Source of the DNA: Trichoplax adhaerens
Lineage: Eukaryota; Animalia; Placozoa
Reading direction: 5' to 3'
Length of the DNA: 64,000 bases
Assembly (NCBI RefSeq): GCF_000150275.1
Contig: NW_002060946.1
Location: forward strand, 2,313,454-2,377,453
Positions 26,801 to 40,125 of this stretch are shown in pieces. The first letter of the stretch is position 1. Each line of letters opens with the position of its first letter. The notes below the pieces were generated by a model. That model ran no database searches, had not been told where the DNA came from, and saw only the letters and a list, made by a program, of their open reading frames with translations. The translations under genes were made by a program, and so were the position numbers.

Positions 26801-29003
26801 TACTAAATCGGTATGAAAGATAGCTTCTGATTGATAAAATTATGCCTACTAAGAATTACTTTAGCTTTAAATTTTGTATAAAAAGTTTCTATCAATGTGA
26901 TTATGATTCTTAAATCTGAATTTAAGATTTTCTTCAGTCTCTATTTTTCTAAAACATAATCCCAAATATACTTTGACTAGAGACTTTTAAGAGAAAATTT
27001 TCTCTTAAAGGTCCCTACTTTGATAAAGAAGCAAAATAGACGTATTTAAATACAATCAGGCATGCGTTTAAATTGCTAACAGTCTTTAAAATCGATACTT
27101 GTATAATACTTGTATGTATGACATTTTCCTATAAAAATTAGACTCTTGATTTAAACCATTGATAACCTCATCAACTTGGTGTAATTAGTATTCGACATTA
27201 GGTGTAATATCTTCGTTATAAACTGATGCAAGATTGATACTTTAAAATAACGTAAAATGATACAGACATGTCATAAAAGTTTACTATAATTGAATGGATC
27301 AAAATGCTACAGATTGTTCTAACACAGATGAGGAAAATTTCGAAGGAAAGTATTCCTCGCAGAAATCTTAAATTGCCCTCGATCAATCAATTATTTTTTA
27401 TTCTTTGTTTACCTTTTTTATCGTATTGAGCAGCTAAATCAAGAGCAGTCTGACCGCTGTTATTTACTTTCATCACATCAATGTTTGGCCACTAAACGGG
27501 AAGTGAAAACATCAGTTAATCACAGACAAATCCAAGATAAATCCTCACGTATTGAAGAGTTACATTAAAACTTGGTAGCAATTTACCTGTAATAGACGTA
27601 AAACGGTATAAATTTTCCCATCACTGTTATATTGGCATGCAAAATGGAGAGGAGAATTGCCGTTATTATTGGAATCATTGACCTAATATTTCATCGACAT
27701 CAGCAATGGATGATTATTAAGTGTTATTAACTGCATGAACATGCTCTTTAAGCCATTCAAGGTATCATTAGGTTGTCCTTCTACTTTTGCAATGCAACTT
27801 AACGTTATTCTTTCAACTTACTCCAGCGCCATTTTGCAAGAGTACATCCACGATATCGCTTTTACTCTTCCATGCAGCAATATGGAGAGCCCCATTGCTA
27901 AGGTATAAAATCCAATAAATTCGTAAGTTACTGAAATTGTTTATCAATGCAACCACTTAATCAAGCTTGAAACTAAATAAAACGATTAGCGATCAACACT
28001 ATAAATCATCCTCCGACAAAAATTATTACGATGAAAATTTAAGACGATAATATATCATTCAACAGGTTAATTGAAGCAATTTTTGGTGTAGATGCCTAAA
28101 TCAATCTCGTTCACACAGTAGATCAATCAATTCTTTCAATCACTTATTAGCCAAGATTGTCCTAAGAAATATTTGTAGCTATATCGCCTTAGTTATTAGA
28201 TCTATTGCAGTAACTTTGTGATTTACTTGAGAGGGAAATACTGCACTGAAAAGTGTTTAAAAGCTATCTTATTTTAGGTATCAATTAGCTTTCAAGTAGT
28301 TCGTGAAGAAAATTGGTCGGAATAAAGTTTAAACTTTATCGCACTATGACTAGATTAAGTAGTTCTTCAAATCATTCTTCAAGAAAATCGATATTATTAA
28401 TTAAGGCCGTTGCTATTACCCTCGGGGATCTTTTTCGTTTACTCCAGCAGAATATTTTAGAAGACATTCTACAGCATCATGATTGCCTAATTTAAATACA
28501 GAAAAATTCGATCCAATCAAAATCCATCACCACTGAAACAATCTAAGAATTTAAAGTTGTTAATTAACCATGTAGTACAGCCAGAATTAATGGTGTATAA
28601 CCATTCTCATCACGACAATTGACATCGATGTGATGAACTTTAATTTTTTCCATTCCATGATTGGAAACCTCGCCATCGTCATGATCGTTGGTAGCAGACG
28701 ATCCAGGGATAATTTTCTTAAAAAAGTTTCGATTTGGATTGAGTAATTTCTGGTCCAAACATAATGAAACATTTTTTAATTGGATCAAATCAATACTCTA
28801 CCTAAGCTACTCTTGGCCATTTTACCTCTCATTACATTCAAAATTCATAAATGAGATCTGACACATTATTCTAGTCAAAGTATACTTTATTCGCCATTAT
28901 ATTCAGTCTAGATAATTCTACCTTTATATTCTCTATGATTTACCTCTAACTTTGAGACATCGCCAGCTATCGCAGCTTTTATAAGATCCGCTTCTCGTCC
29001 CAT
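20880..29003 (-). CDS. Ankyrin-repeat + F5/8C(discoidin/galactose-binding)-like + SAM + Ig-like protein, ANKS1/Caskin-like N-terminus
   Basis: More than 20 small exons. Start MGREADLIKAAIAGDVSKLE (cf. ANKS1/Caskin MGKEQELL.AA..G). Ankyrin motifs DVNCRDENGYTPLILAVLHG, ALHIAAW, GNSPLHFAC, GQTALDLAAQY, TCALHEAIRY. Jelly-roll motifs VVFDLNDYHIITGIRITGW..GPW..YFRLMIYNNHGGDRTCFHSIKFYG. SAM-like VMRWFDKIGFVAYAESFAVNGY. Ig-like AIFTELKISDSGTYMLEV. Ends IDDAFDELNDLLMNS*. Confidence 0.8.
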
Positions 29004-32000
29004 GTCCTGCAAGTCTATATCTTCAAGATAATAAATTATGTAATTTCCATTTAGTTTTATCTCGCCGTCTGTGTAGAGTAAAAACTCGTCTATCCTTGCT
29101 ATTGATAACTACTTTGGATTTTGATCCTTTTACATTTATTATATGACAGAATTTCGTTTATTTAGAAACTAGAAAAGGACTGGATAATCAGTCCTAATAG
29201 TGACAATTACCGTTTAAAATGCATTCACTTGCATTTTAAATAAACGGCTATTTCGACAGTCTATCATTTTGGAACAGATCACTAATGTTTCATTAATTTG
29301 TGAACGGCAATAGGCTGCATAATTATTTAACGGCGCGCTATTGTAGCCCTTATTACTAGGCAACTCAAAATGCCTTACTTTGTAGTTTACAACTACAAAA
29401 TAGGTCAAAATCATTCGTACAAGAAAGTCTATTAATGATCGTCAAAAGCTATATTGGATTCGAAAAGTGCTTGCCATCGATAACAACCCCTATATCCACG
29501 GATAAGAAAAAGGCACGGAAAAAAATAGGCGTATAGTAAAGTATAGATTATTTCAGCACCGATCGCTTAGTACAAAATATCGAAGAATTCGTCAATAAGG
29601 AGGGCCTGGACTATACTTTATAGCAGATATGTATCTATAGCTACTAAGTTCAGTAATCAGACTCTAAAATACAACCGTAGTCTATTAACATTATCATTTA
29701 AGTGGATTTAGGATATTACTATAGAGGATTTGGACAGTTTTTAGTCCCCCCAAAAATGAAGAAAAGCTCTAACAGTCGAACGCAGTGAAACTGGTAATGG
29801 AGCCCTTATGTATCAAAAGCCGACTGGATTGCCGTATGCTAAATTCAAGATGTACTGGATAAAAATCCACGCCAAAGGATTAACCTCCATCTAATACATG
29901 ATAGCAATATCTAAGGATACCTGCATCATTGCTTAGCGTTTATCAACGAAAAATCCTCCGGTATTCTTCAATACAGAACTCACATACATCTAATTACTTT
30001 CGAGACTATCACCTAAAGATCTCTCTAACGCTAAATCTAAGTTTTTTAACTTTACGACAGCAACTTATTCCATTGCAACAGTGATCTATGACAATGACCG
30101 TTGTAATGGATAACAGATTTTTAGTTTGGAGCAGCCTTGCAGTTTTACGTAAAATAATAGACGAATGATTATAACATATCAAGTACAAGATTGATATATG
30201 CACTTAAGATATAGTGCAGTAATAACAAAGAACACTGCAGCTGATTACTGTTTGCGAATGAAAAACAACAGCAATATTCCTCAAGTAAAGCACATTTATC
30301 ACTTCTAATGCAATCCTTTAACACTATAATCTCCATAATTTATGATTTCTGTCTCCATTAAATTCAATATACGAATGTACCATATTACCAATGATAATTA
30401 TAATTGCGATAGAGTATAATTTCACTTTAGAGAATAGCCTGCGTCCAAACTTCGCTAAGTCTCATTCATGGTTTAATCCATGGCAATCAATCACTGCTGC
30501 AGCGAAGCATAAGCTATCGTTACAGTTTTCCGTGAAAACTTAGGGAAAATGGAGCAATAGAATACATCTATCGCTGTTAGTATTGAATTAATGACCTACA
30601 GGCAACATTTACATACCCCAATCTCTAAATACAACAGCTTTGGCGATGGCAATAAAAAATTATATTCTAGTATTTGACTGGAAGGGCAGCAGTAAAATCA
30701 TACCTCAAATGTTAAAATGGGTGCCAAGCTTAATTCACTTATATGCTACCTTTGTCTTCGAAACTTGACTCTATTTATAGTTTGTTGCCAATCCTGTAAC
30801 CAATTTGGTACTGTAAAATAATCATTACAGTATATTCTCTTCTCTCTTTCTCTCTTAATATATACATATAGCGTATAAATCTACAAGGAATTATCATATT
30901 TTTTCCATTCTTTTCGTTGTTGTACCATTTCTCCTATTAAATAAATAAACAAAATCGCTATGAATAACTTAAGTACTAGAGTAAAATTGTATCGATTTGA
31001 ATAGATTAATCATTCTTATAGTTATATACAGCAAGCTACCTTTAGCAGAATTCTTTATATAGAATTCTATCATTTGTACGACAGCAATAGCAGGAATTAC
31101 TTCACAAAATTTTTATTCTTTTCGAAAAATTCAAGACTTGAAAGTGCTTCTACAGTATAACCAACATTAAAACCAGTGATTGGTCTGGCTCATAGTTTCT
31201 AATCAGGTGAAACTAAATATGGGAGTTTAATTTTTAAAGACGATTAATATGAACGCGGTGACATAATTTCAGTTTGTATAGAAAGATTATCGATCTCGTA
31301 CACCTAGCTATGGATTGTTAAAATGATATGTTGCCTATACTCTCTAGATATCTAACTCAGACTTCAATGCTCAACAAACTTAATTTTATAAATTCATTTC
31401 CTGATGACATCTATTTGCAGCTAGCAACTTGGATACGGCTCATGCTGTCTATTATACAGTATTACTTAATTTCATTTAGAGTAGGTTACTGTACAATAAT
31501 TACTAAAGTAAAACATTCGTTTCATCCAGAGCTCTGATTTAATTTGCCTTCCATGTACACGATTAAAATAAGGGTTGATGATGCAGACCAGTACTGTCGA
31601 AATTTTATAGCGGCTCCTTTACTATATCATCGCACTGATTCGTTTCCTTCCTGGTAAGAGGATTTATCAGGATATTGAACGATAGGATAAAAGTTTCAGA
31701 AAATAGAATTCTGTGATCACTTCTTTAATTAACAAGTTTTATTTTTCACTCCAAAGCAGAGCAGTGTAGTAGATCTAGCATCGGAGTATTAACCTAGACA
31801 ATTTATTGTCATATAGATCCCTGCTAGTAATGTATCGTATTAGCATTACATCAGGCAGTCCAAACATATTTCCGATACGTTAAGTAAGTGCTAAATCCTA
31901 CATAAAATTTATAACAGTTCTTTGTATACAGAATCGATTCCATTGCTAATATGATAAAAATAAATTTGTGCTCGAGATGCTAGCCGGTAAGGTTACACCA

Positions 32001-32624
32001 GTATTTACAAACTGAATTAAACATATTAAACGAAATAATATAATCGCAATAACATCGTAATCAATATCTTCAGTAAACATAGTTTCAGTACTATTTTTCT
32101 ATTTGAAGATTTTGCGATATCTCTTTTTCCGGAAGGATTGATTAATTTTAAGTTTCTAGAAATCGATATACTACAGTATCTCAATAGGACATCAAACTAG
32201 CTTAACAACAGGTATCGATAGTTAGAATTGCAGCGAGGTGAACTACAAAATTGCTTGGCTAATCCACTTAATTGATGCCATTTCTTGTAGTGATAGTAAT
32301 AAGTACTTACAGAGATATACAAATACTTATTGCAATTCTATACCTAAAAACTGATAAAGTTAAGTATCTTAGTGCATACATATGAAACATGTATATCTAA
32401 AAGTTATAATGTAATTCGAACCAACAATTTTTAAACATTATTATAGCTAGATCATTTGATATTGCTTACATATAGGATAGTATAATAACTTATCGAAAGT
32501 TAAAAACATACAGAAGTTTGTAAGACTTTGATTATATTAAATTATATTTATGATATCGGTAATAACCAGTCATGTATCTACGCTGATGCTGGGGTAAGCA
32601 CAGACTATGCTAGGGTCTTGTAGG

Positions 32625-33122
32625 TCATCTCATCGTAGTGAAATTATTTCTTGTATTTTTGCTTGTTTCTGACTTTATTATCCTGTCACTCTTCGTTTGG
32701 AATGACTTTTGGCCCGATTTTGTGCTAGAAAAGTTATTTTTCGAAACTTCTCGCTTTACTTGAGCGTTAGTTGTACCATGAGTCTTAGTAGGAGCCTTGC
32801 TAGCCTTGACAGTCTCGACAACTGTGGTTCCACTGGGGTTATAGCCATAAGATGAAACAGACCATTTCCCTTGACCCTTTCGCTCTGGTGCTTTACCTTG
32901 AAAGGAATTAGAAGGTAGCCTACCTTGGTTAAAAGTGCTTCCACTCTGTGTTCTAGGATCACCACTACCACTAAAGCACTGACGATGATAAAAGAAACGC
33001 ATCTTACGTCCATCCCGCACAGCAATAGGCTCATTTTTGTTAATCACTTTCTTGCATTCACGACAACTGAATCCAGTACGACAAGCTACTCCATAGCTTA
33101 CCGTCCAATAATTATCAGACAT
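32625..33122 (-). CDS. Stand-alone PARP-type zinc-finger protein (165 aa, intronless CDS, basic disordered tail)
   Basis: MSDNYWTVSYGVACRTGFSCRECKKVINKNEPIAVRDGRKMRFFYHRQCF has the CxxC...I...R...YHxxCF spacing of zf-PARP. First ATG at 33122; the ORF track starts at an upstream TTG. A likely 5'UTR acceptor lies at ~33216. Confidence 0.75.
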   Translation of the reverse strand: MSDNYWTVSYGVACRTGFSCRECKKVINKNEPIAVRDGRKMRFFYHRQCFSGSGDPRTQSGSTFNQGRLPSNSFQGKAPERKGQGKWSVSSYGYNPSGTTVVETVKASKAPTKTHGTTNAQVKREVSKNNFSSTKSGQKSFQTKSDRIIKSETSKNTRNNFTTMR

Positions 33123-33945
33123 GATTAATGTTGCGATCGCCAAGAATGTATGTTAAAGTAGATAGACCTGAGTCAAGGCTAATTATAGCATTTCTTTTGA
33201 TCGCAGTGGATATACCTAATCAAATAAAAAATTTAGCAATCCCTAATTCTCTTTCTTACACAATGTAAAAGATTTTAAATTAAATTTTGTTTATCAACCA
33301 TAAAATGAGACAAGATTTTCTGATAGCAGTTTTCTAAATTGAAATTAAAATTTATAAATATATATTCTTCAGTATCTGATTAAAGCATAGCATGATAACT
33401 TAGAAGATCCTACTGATGTCCGTGAGCTCGTTCGTAACTAAGATATTTTCATTCATTCGCATGTCTATGTAACAACTTAATTTCCTATTCCCTTCCTTTA
33501 TCAACTTATCGAATAGAAATAGAGCTAGAGGACTGTATAAATAAAGGAGAACAAGACTTTTCGCAAAGATCGCATAATGAATCTTCATCTTTGAAGAGAT
33601 TTGTATAACCGTGATCTATGATTGGAAGAAACTTTGCAATTGATGATTATGACATATGCGGATAAACAGTAGTCTGAATTGCAAATTATTAAGTAGAAAG
33701 GGCTTGTACATGAGTTACATATTACAATATATGCTAATATAATATCAGTATCAGCTTTTAGGCCTTACTCATTTAATCTAATACGCTCCACATAGTAACA
33801 CTGCCCTATTGCAGTGAAAGGCGCTACTTGCAAAGTTAAAAAGCTACGCTGTTGGCTTAATTACAAGAATATACATGAGTGGTGGTGCAACTGTAATGTA
33901 CCCAAACTGCTGCTCATAATGGAATAATTTACCGAATACACAACA

Positions 33946-34147
33946 TAGTTGATGTTCATTTTTAATTTAGAGTGCCGTAGATATCATGCACTTGAATACT
34001 TCAACAGGGCACCGCCGTCGATCTATAATTTGCTTAATGACCTTATGCTAATCTTAGTTGATGTTCATTTTTAATTTAGAGTGCCATAGATACTATGCAC
34101 TTCAATACTTCAACATGGCACCATCGTCGATCTATAATTTGCTTAAT
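33946..34147. repeat. Direct tandem duplication, 2 x ~109 bp
   Basis: TAGTTGATGTTCATTTTTAATTTAGAGTGCC...GTCGATCTATAATTTGCTTAAT occurs at 33946 and 34055 with a few substitutions. Confidence 0.9.
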
Positions 34148-36638
34148 ATCTAAGATTAGAGGTTAATTAATTGGAGATAGTAAACTTACTGAGTATACTA
34201 GAAAGCTAAGATACTGATATGACAATATATGACAATATGTAATAAAATAACTGGTATAAAATCTTGGAAAATTTATTTATATTACCAACAACTTACATTT
34301 TTAAGTATTCAGATATTACATAAGCAGTACTTGTACAGTATTTATTTACAATATGAAGCTTGTTAATTTAATCCCAACTTGTCACGATACACATTCCAAA
34401 TCTAAAAGTCAATAGACAGACGCAGTCATTCAACGACAATAACAAAGTTCTAATTTCAATACTATTTATTTATTATGGGTTATAATTGTTTACGAGTTCT
34501 TCATATATAAAATTATTGTACTAAACTGTAATGACTTAATGTACTTGTTACGACAATCTCTACTGCATTCGATGATAGTATTTACTGTATACGTGAATAC
34601 GTATACGCCGTTACAATATTATATAACAGATTAGTGTAATAAACCACATTTAAACCAGCATATATTGCTCGATAAATATACAGTATATCTAACAATTCCG
34701 ATAACTCACTTATCAATTTAGCTGATTCTTCATAGCCTGAAAATATTGATTAGTAAATTCATCCTATCAAAAAATAAATCAGAGGAGAAGCTTAAAATAC
34801 AACTAGAATTTTAAGAAGAAATGTGGCTATAAAGTTAGCATCACAAACGAGACTGCGCATGTGTAAATTAGAACAGTTATATCAATTCTATGGGTAATAC
34901 CAATTTCATCATTTGCGAATTATAATTACGATTTAATTGTTCTGCAATTAATTTCATAGCACTAAGTTATCATTATATCATTATATAACTGCTAGTCTTA
35001 GAAGTAATAGTTATTGTAGTGCAATAGGCATAATTGATATCATTGCACTAATATGATCATTATAATGTTGTATGATTCCTAGGTATAGAGGTGATAGCAA
35101 TTGTAATATCATAGGCCATAACAAAATTTCTGGCATAATAGTAGTCTTATTGGCTTTTATAAGGTTGCAGAAATTGGATAGTTCATGGTGAAGAATTCTT
35201 TGTATTTATCGTCAAAATATCATATGATATAGATAACATGATTGCCTAGATTAATTCCGTTGTAAATCGAGCACCAATTATGCACTTGGTTTACAATAAA
35301 TAAAATAAATTTACTTACTGTAAATTATGTATACAAGTTGATTACAACCGGATTCTTATATTTATCTTCAAATAGATTTGCGTACCTAGAAAATGTGAAA
35401 TTATTAATACTACTGTCCTAGAATTTTGAGTTTAAGATTACAGTCAATTGAGATTAAGTATGTTCACGTAACATGTACGCTATTAATATTAGCAAGATTA
35501 CAGTAACCAGATCATATATTGTACTGGTATAACTGAATAAAAGTAAGCGTACATACATATCCTTACCATTGATATTGTATTAGAAAGTTGATCGGGTTAA
35601 AACAAATATGTACGAGTCTTAATAGTGACTTTATTGCCATATGAATATACAATTAATACGATTGCTACTACTACGTACTTCTGCTTGTAAAAGAGTATAA
35701 GCGATCATGAACTTAATTGTAGTCTATAAGTAGAAGCTTCCTCTTAATCATACTGTAGGTATAACACGTATAAGATTAGAGGATTGGACAAGCTTACGAT
35801 CAATAAATAGAATATATAGTGCGATTGATATTAAGTCGCCTTTACAGTTTATCGCAGTAATTTGATTGTTATACAGTCCATCAATCAATCACAATCACTG
35901 TAAAGTTAACTTGCATACATACTCAAAGTAAATTGAGTCATAGTCTAGAAATCGAAGTGCTTGTGCCAACTGAATAGCGTTTAATTCTTATGTAAACATA
36001 ATCGTAGTGGTGAACAATTTGTCACGCAAAGCTATTTATCTTTAGACGAAATGATGATTGGAATGAACTTATTCATTCCAAAAAAAAATAAATCCCTAAC
36101 ACTTTGTATTTACACCGAGTAGTTTATAAAATAACCGAAGTGCTTCTTACTTATATGGACGTGAAAATTACAACAATATAGTGATAACCTGAGATACATT
36201 CTCATTAGAGTCTATCATACAATTTATTAGCTAGGTGAATGCGTAATATCTGCACCAATTTTTTAATGTTTACAATTTGATTTATACACAACCGTATAAA
36301 AAGTAAGCTACCGCATCCAATTATAATTAAATGCGTTTATCGTAGTATATCTAAGAATGTAAGATCTAACTTACGCAGATTCGTAAAATTTTAACTACAC
36401 TATTCTAACATAGTTAGTCCATTTTTCGTCAATTTGATACTGAATTCAATGATGGATCAAATCGAGAATGGCCATCCTTAAATCGATCTGATGGTGAAGA
36501 ATGTCAAAGCTAATACACCGGTTATGTTTTCGGTTGCATCCTTACAGAAGTTTTGCACAAATCCATAACAATCATTTTTAGTCATAGAAAATTATTTTTT
36601 GTCTCGTAAAATCCTTGTTATAGCTGTTAATATCACAA

Positions 36639-38744
36639 TTACCATTGCCTTACTTTACGGAGCGAGTACCGTAGCTGGCGCTTACTGGGTGACTGTTTCA
36701 GAGGTAATGATGGCCTTTTCTTTGATTTTGAAGTCTTATACCTTGAAGTCAATGGATGTCCTAAGGCACTATTAATTGTAATAGTTCCTGCTGTTTCATG
36801 TTTTATAGAAAAATTACCATTTTCAGAATTAGCATTTTCATTTCTGTCATTATTACAGCTGCTTTTCTTAGAGTCATCTGGAAAGTGCATACAAATGCTT
36901 TCATCACTATCCGACTCAAAAAATAATTGGGACGCGACATCTGATAAAGAAATTTGTGTCTGTTTTTGGTGGTTATTCTTTTCCTCAGTACAACCTGTAT
37001 CTGCGCTTATTGGTGTATCAACTTCGCAATAGCTGCTTATACTGTTAATTGTCTGTCTTAGCTCGCTGTTATTCGAATTTTCATTACAATGCTGTCTCGG
37101 ATTGTAATTATCTTCGGGCTTACAGAAGCTACTCAACCGCTGCATTACAGATGATACACGATCAATACCACTGGCGCTATCAAGGATTCTATTAGTTTTC
37201 CTAAATTCCAAGCTAGATTGAGTTGTAGTGTCTTCTTTATGTCGATCATTAATTTGCATTTGACTAACTTGAGATCGACTCTGGTACGTTGTATCTAACA
37301 ACTGGAGATATCTTTGCTCCCTTTCCCGCATTTCATCTAGTTGCGAAATAAGGAGTTCATTTTCTCTTCGTAACTAGAAAAATTTTAACAAAAATTCATG
37401 TTAACTAGAAAATACCAAATAGCTTTGTGATATATTGAGGGTATATGGGTATAGCCTAACATATTATTTGGATGGATTAACTTAATGTACGTGGGATTAA
37501 TTGAAATGTGTGCTACATTACCACTGCAATAGAACTTTTAAGATTTTGAAAATCTTCTGTACTGATTTTTGATTCCAGAATCTGTAGACAACATTGTTCC
37601 ATGGATTGCTTTAAATTCTCATTTACTGTCATTTGTATAAGCACTGATTTTAGAGCTATGCAATAGAAAATTTTAAATTTTAATGAATAAAATACTACCT
37701 GTATTTCCTATGCTTTGACAAAATTCCTTATGACTTTCAGAATTATAATTCAACTGTTCCTTGAGCACATCGGCGAACTTTTGTATCTGTAAATAAAGAT
37801 TACTACTATGACATGTACAAATGATTATTGACTATCAATCGATATCAGCGCACTCCTGAATCTAACAATTAAATATTTTAAGTTGAGAGCAAAATTATGG
37901 CTATAAATGATAGAAACTATTGTAACGTACGACCAGAATTAATATATGTATTTCTAAGACTAGGTGCTTAAAATCACCTTGTCTACTTGTTGCTGGATAC
38001 CTTGAAGGAAAGTTTCAAGAGAGAATCTGTCGTATAAAGGGGCAGATTGAATTTTAACTATTATTGAAGCCTAAATGTCTTACTAAGGATATAATAAATT
38101 TAAGGTTACTCGACCTATCTCTCATTTCATCCGTTCTCTTTCGATATAATTCGATTGGTAGTTTATCGATTTTATCACTCCATTCGCCGTCTTTCTTCTT
38201 ATCGTAAACATCTTTCGAGCGTTGAGATTGGCTTTTTAAGTTAGGTTGATAACTCTCTACTGAATACTAAAGACCTTAAAACTATCAGTATTTTTAATGT
38301 TATCCATTTATCATTGAACGAAATCGCCAATTACCTCAGAATTATGTAAAGAATAGGATTGAGATAATTTTGATTGAGAAAATAATTCTAGCGAGCCTTG
38401 TTGAGAACTTTCATTGCTGCTTGATTGGCTATTCGGTATGCTGTTATTTTTATAGCTTGAATAAGAAGGCGTTTTACGTACTGGATCTTTGCCAGTTTGA
38501 TTTTGAGAACGTTGCAAATGCCGACTAAGTAAAGGAAAATATTAGTTCTAAGTAATTATCAAATTAATTGGATAGTCCAATTGCCAAAATTGACAAAATT
38601 CCATACTAAAATACACATGAATTGGCTACAACTCTCTAAAGACTTTACCCCTTTTTCTGGCTTCATTTTAAGTTAGATTAAAGCAAAAATGCAATCACCA
38701 ATCACTTACTTAATATTAGCTCTATAAATTTCGTTCATAGCCAT
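36639..38744 (-). CDS. IHO1: SQ-rich, central coiled-coil protein (~460 aa); candidate IHO1/CCDC36 (Mer2/PRD3 family)
   Basis: Exons ~38744-38710, 38524-38335, 38266-38115, 38026-37978, 37786-37699, 37655-37522, 37373-36639 splice in frame: MAMNEIYRANINRHLQRSQ..SQQGSLELFSQSKLSQ..IELYRKRTDEMRDRFSLETFLQGIQQQVDKIQKFADVLKEQL..LRRENELLISQLDEMRERE..QLFFESDSDES. The gene model is solid. The name rests on architecture plus head-to-head position with C3orf84. Confidence 0.55.
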
Positions 38745-38984
38745 AACGTTATTCTGGCTTTTAGTAAGATTTCGTCGCTACCCAAAATAAATTCAAAGAG
38801 AAATTTCGTCCCAATGAAATTTTCAGTGATCTTTGAGAAATTTTTCACCGAGCTCTGCTCCAATACCAGTGAAATCTCATATAATTCGTTATAGCGTAGG
38901 GTTATGTTGCTGCCATTCATCGAGGACGATCGTATTACAAGGTGACCCAGAGTAGCAAGTCAACCACTTGGTATAGCATCACAC

Positions 38985-39975
38985 CACAGAAATAGACAGA
39001 GTAATTACTTTTAAATGGCATAGCCTAGTGATGGCTAGACAAGAGAAGGATTTTAGTTCAATTGCTGGTGATGATTATATAAGATGCTAGTCGAGAATTT
39101 CAGTTATAATTGCTAGTAATGACAGCACAAGATCGATTACCTTTCTATAGTGTAATCTAGTGATGGCTACGCAAGATGCTAGTCAGGAATTCTAGTTCAG
39201 ATTACTAGTGATGACTATACAGAGGCTAGTCGAGAATTCCAAGGAAATTGCTAGTGATGATTGTACAAGATTCTAGTCAAGAATTTTAGTTACAATGGCT
39301 TGAAATGGTCGAATTCCTTCCTGAAAATTATTATTTATATCACTGTTGTCTTGTAAAAGGAAATGTGATGAGATTAATATTAGCAAGTCAACTATTCTAT
39401 GCGAGTATGTCGTCATGTAATGAAAATGGAGGCATTGATTACCTTAAAATATTACCTTAAAATAGAGTAGCCTAGTGATGACTGCACAATGCATATGATG
39501 CTAGAAGAGAATCCTGGCCATGATTGCTACTAATGACTGCACATTTTGCACAAGATGGTAGTAACAATTGCTTGAAGTGATTAATTTTCTATCCTAGAAA
39601 TTATTACATCACTGAAGTATCTTGCAAAAGGAAAAAGTAGTGAGATTTATATTAGCAAATTAATTTTTCTAAATAGAGTCATGCAGCGGAAATTGGGAGA
39701 TTGATTACTTTAAAATGGCGTAGTCTAGCGATGATCACACAAAAAAGCTAGCCAACAACTCTAGTTATAATTGCTAGAAATAGGTAATCTCTACTTTAGA
39801 AATTATTACATCACAGTTATGAGCGTATCTCGTACAAGGAAAATGTGACAAGATTTACTTATATTTGCAATTTGACCCCTTTACATATCATCGCACAACA
39901 GAAGTAGAGACTGATTACTTTTTAAATGGTGTAGTCTAGGGATGACTGACTACAGTACACAGGATGCTAATGAAG
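38985..39975. repeat. Degenerate minisatellite with ~45-50 bp subunits nested in ~210-300 bp higher-order units
   Basis: GATTAC.TT.AAAT.G.TAG.CTAG.GATG recurs at ~39003, 39136, 39437, 39703 and 39913. GAAATTATTACATCAC..CTTG.AAAAGGAAA recurs at ~39323, 39597 and 39799. Subunit TAGTGATGACT.CACAAGATGCTAGTC.AGAATT. Confidence 0.8.
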
Positions 39976-40070
39976 ATACCAGTACGATTTCATTGAGCCC
40001 AGGGTGTTTTTGGAAGGGTATAAATAGAGTAGAATCGAGCCATAATGGCATTAAAAGGTTGCAATCAATC

Positions 40071-40125
40071 AGGCATAATCTTTGGCTTTAAAAGGTTGCA
40101 ATGAATCAAGTATAATCTTTAGCTC
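40071..40125. repeat. Short direct duplication (2 x ~38 bp, approx. 40051-40125)
   Basis: TAAAAGGTTGCAAT.AATCA.G.ATAATCTTT.GCT occurs twice in tandem. Confidence 0.7.

Noticed and set aside
29100-32500. Short ORFs in the 3.4 kb gap upstream of the ankyrin gene (29214, 30009, 31328)
   Set aside because: No homology cues or coherent exon chain. Treated as intergenic, regulatory or UTR sequence.
36058-36089. Perfect 10-bp hairpin TTGGAATGAA-CTTA-TTCATTCCAA next to an A-run, resembling an intrinsic terminator
   Set aside because: Eukaryotic context, and the U-tract would be 5' of the stem on the minus strand. A single short palindrome can arise by chance.
38649-38666. Alternative first exon MKPEKG for the IHO1 candidate
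   Set aside because: Its phase-0 donor leads to a stop in the next exon. The ATG at 38744 with a GTAAGT phase-2 donor restores the frame.
38985-39975. Repeated TGATGA (box C-like) words suggesting a C/D snoRNA cluster
   Set aside because: No consistently spaced CTGA box D or terminal stems were seen. The words are part of the minisatellite subunit.
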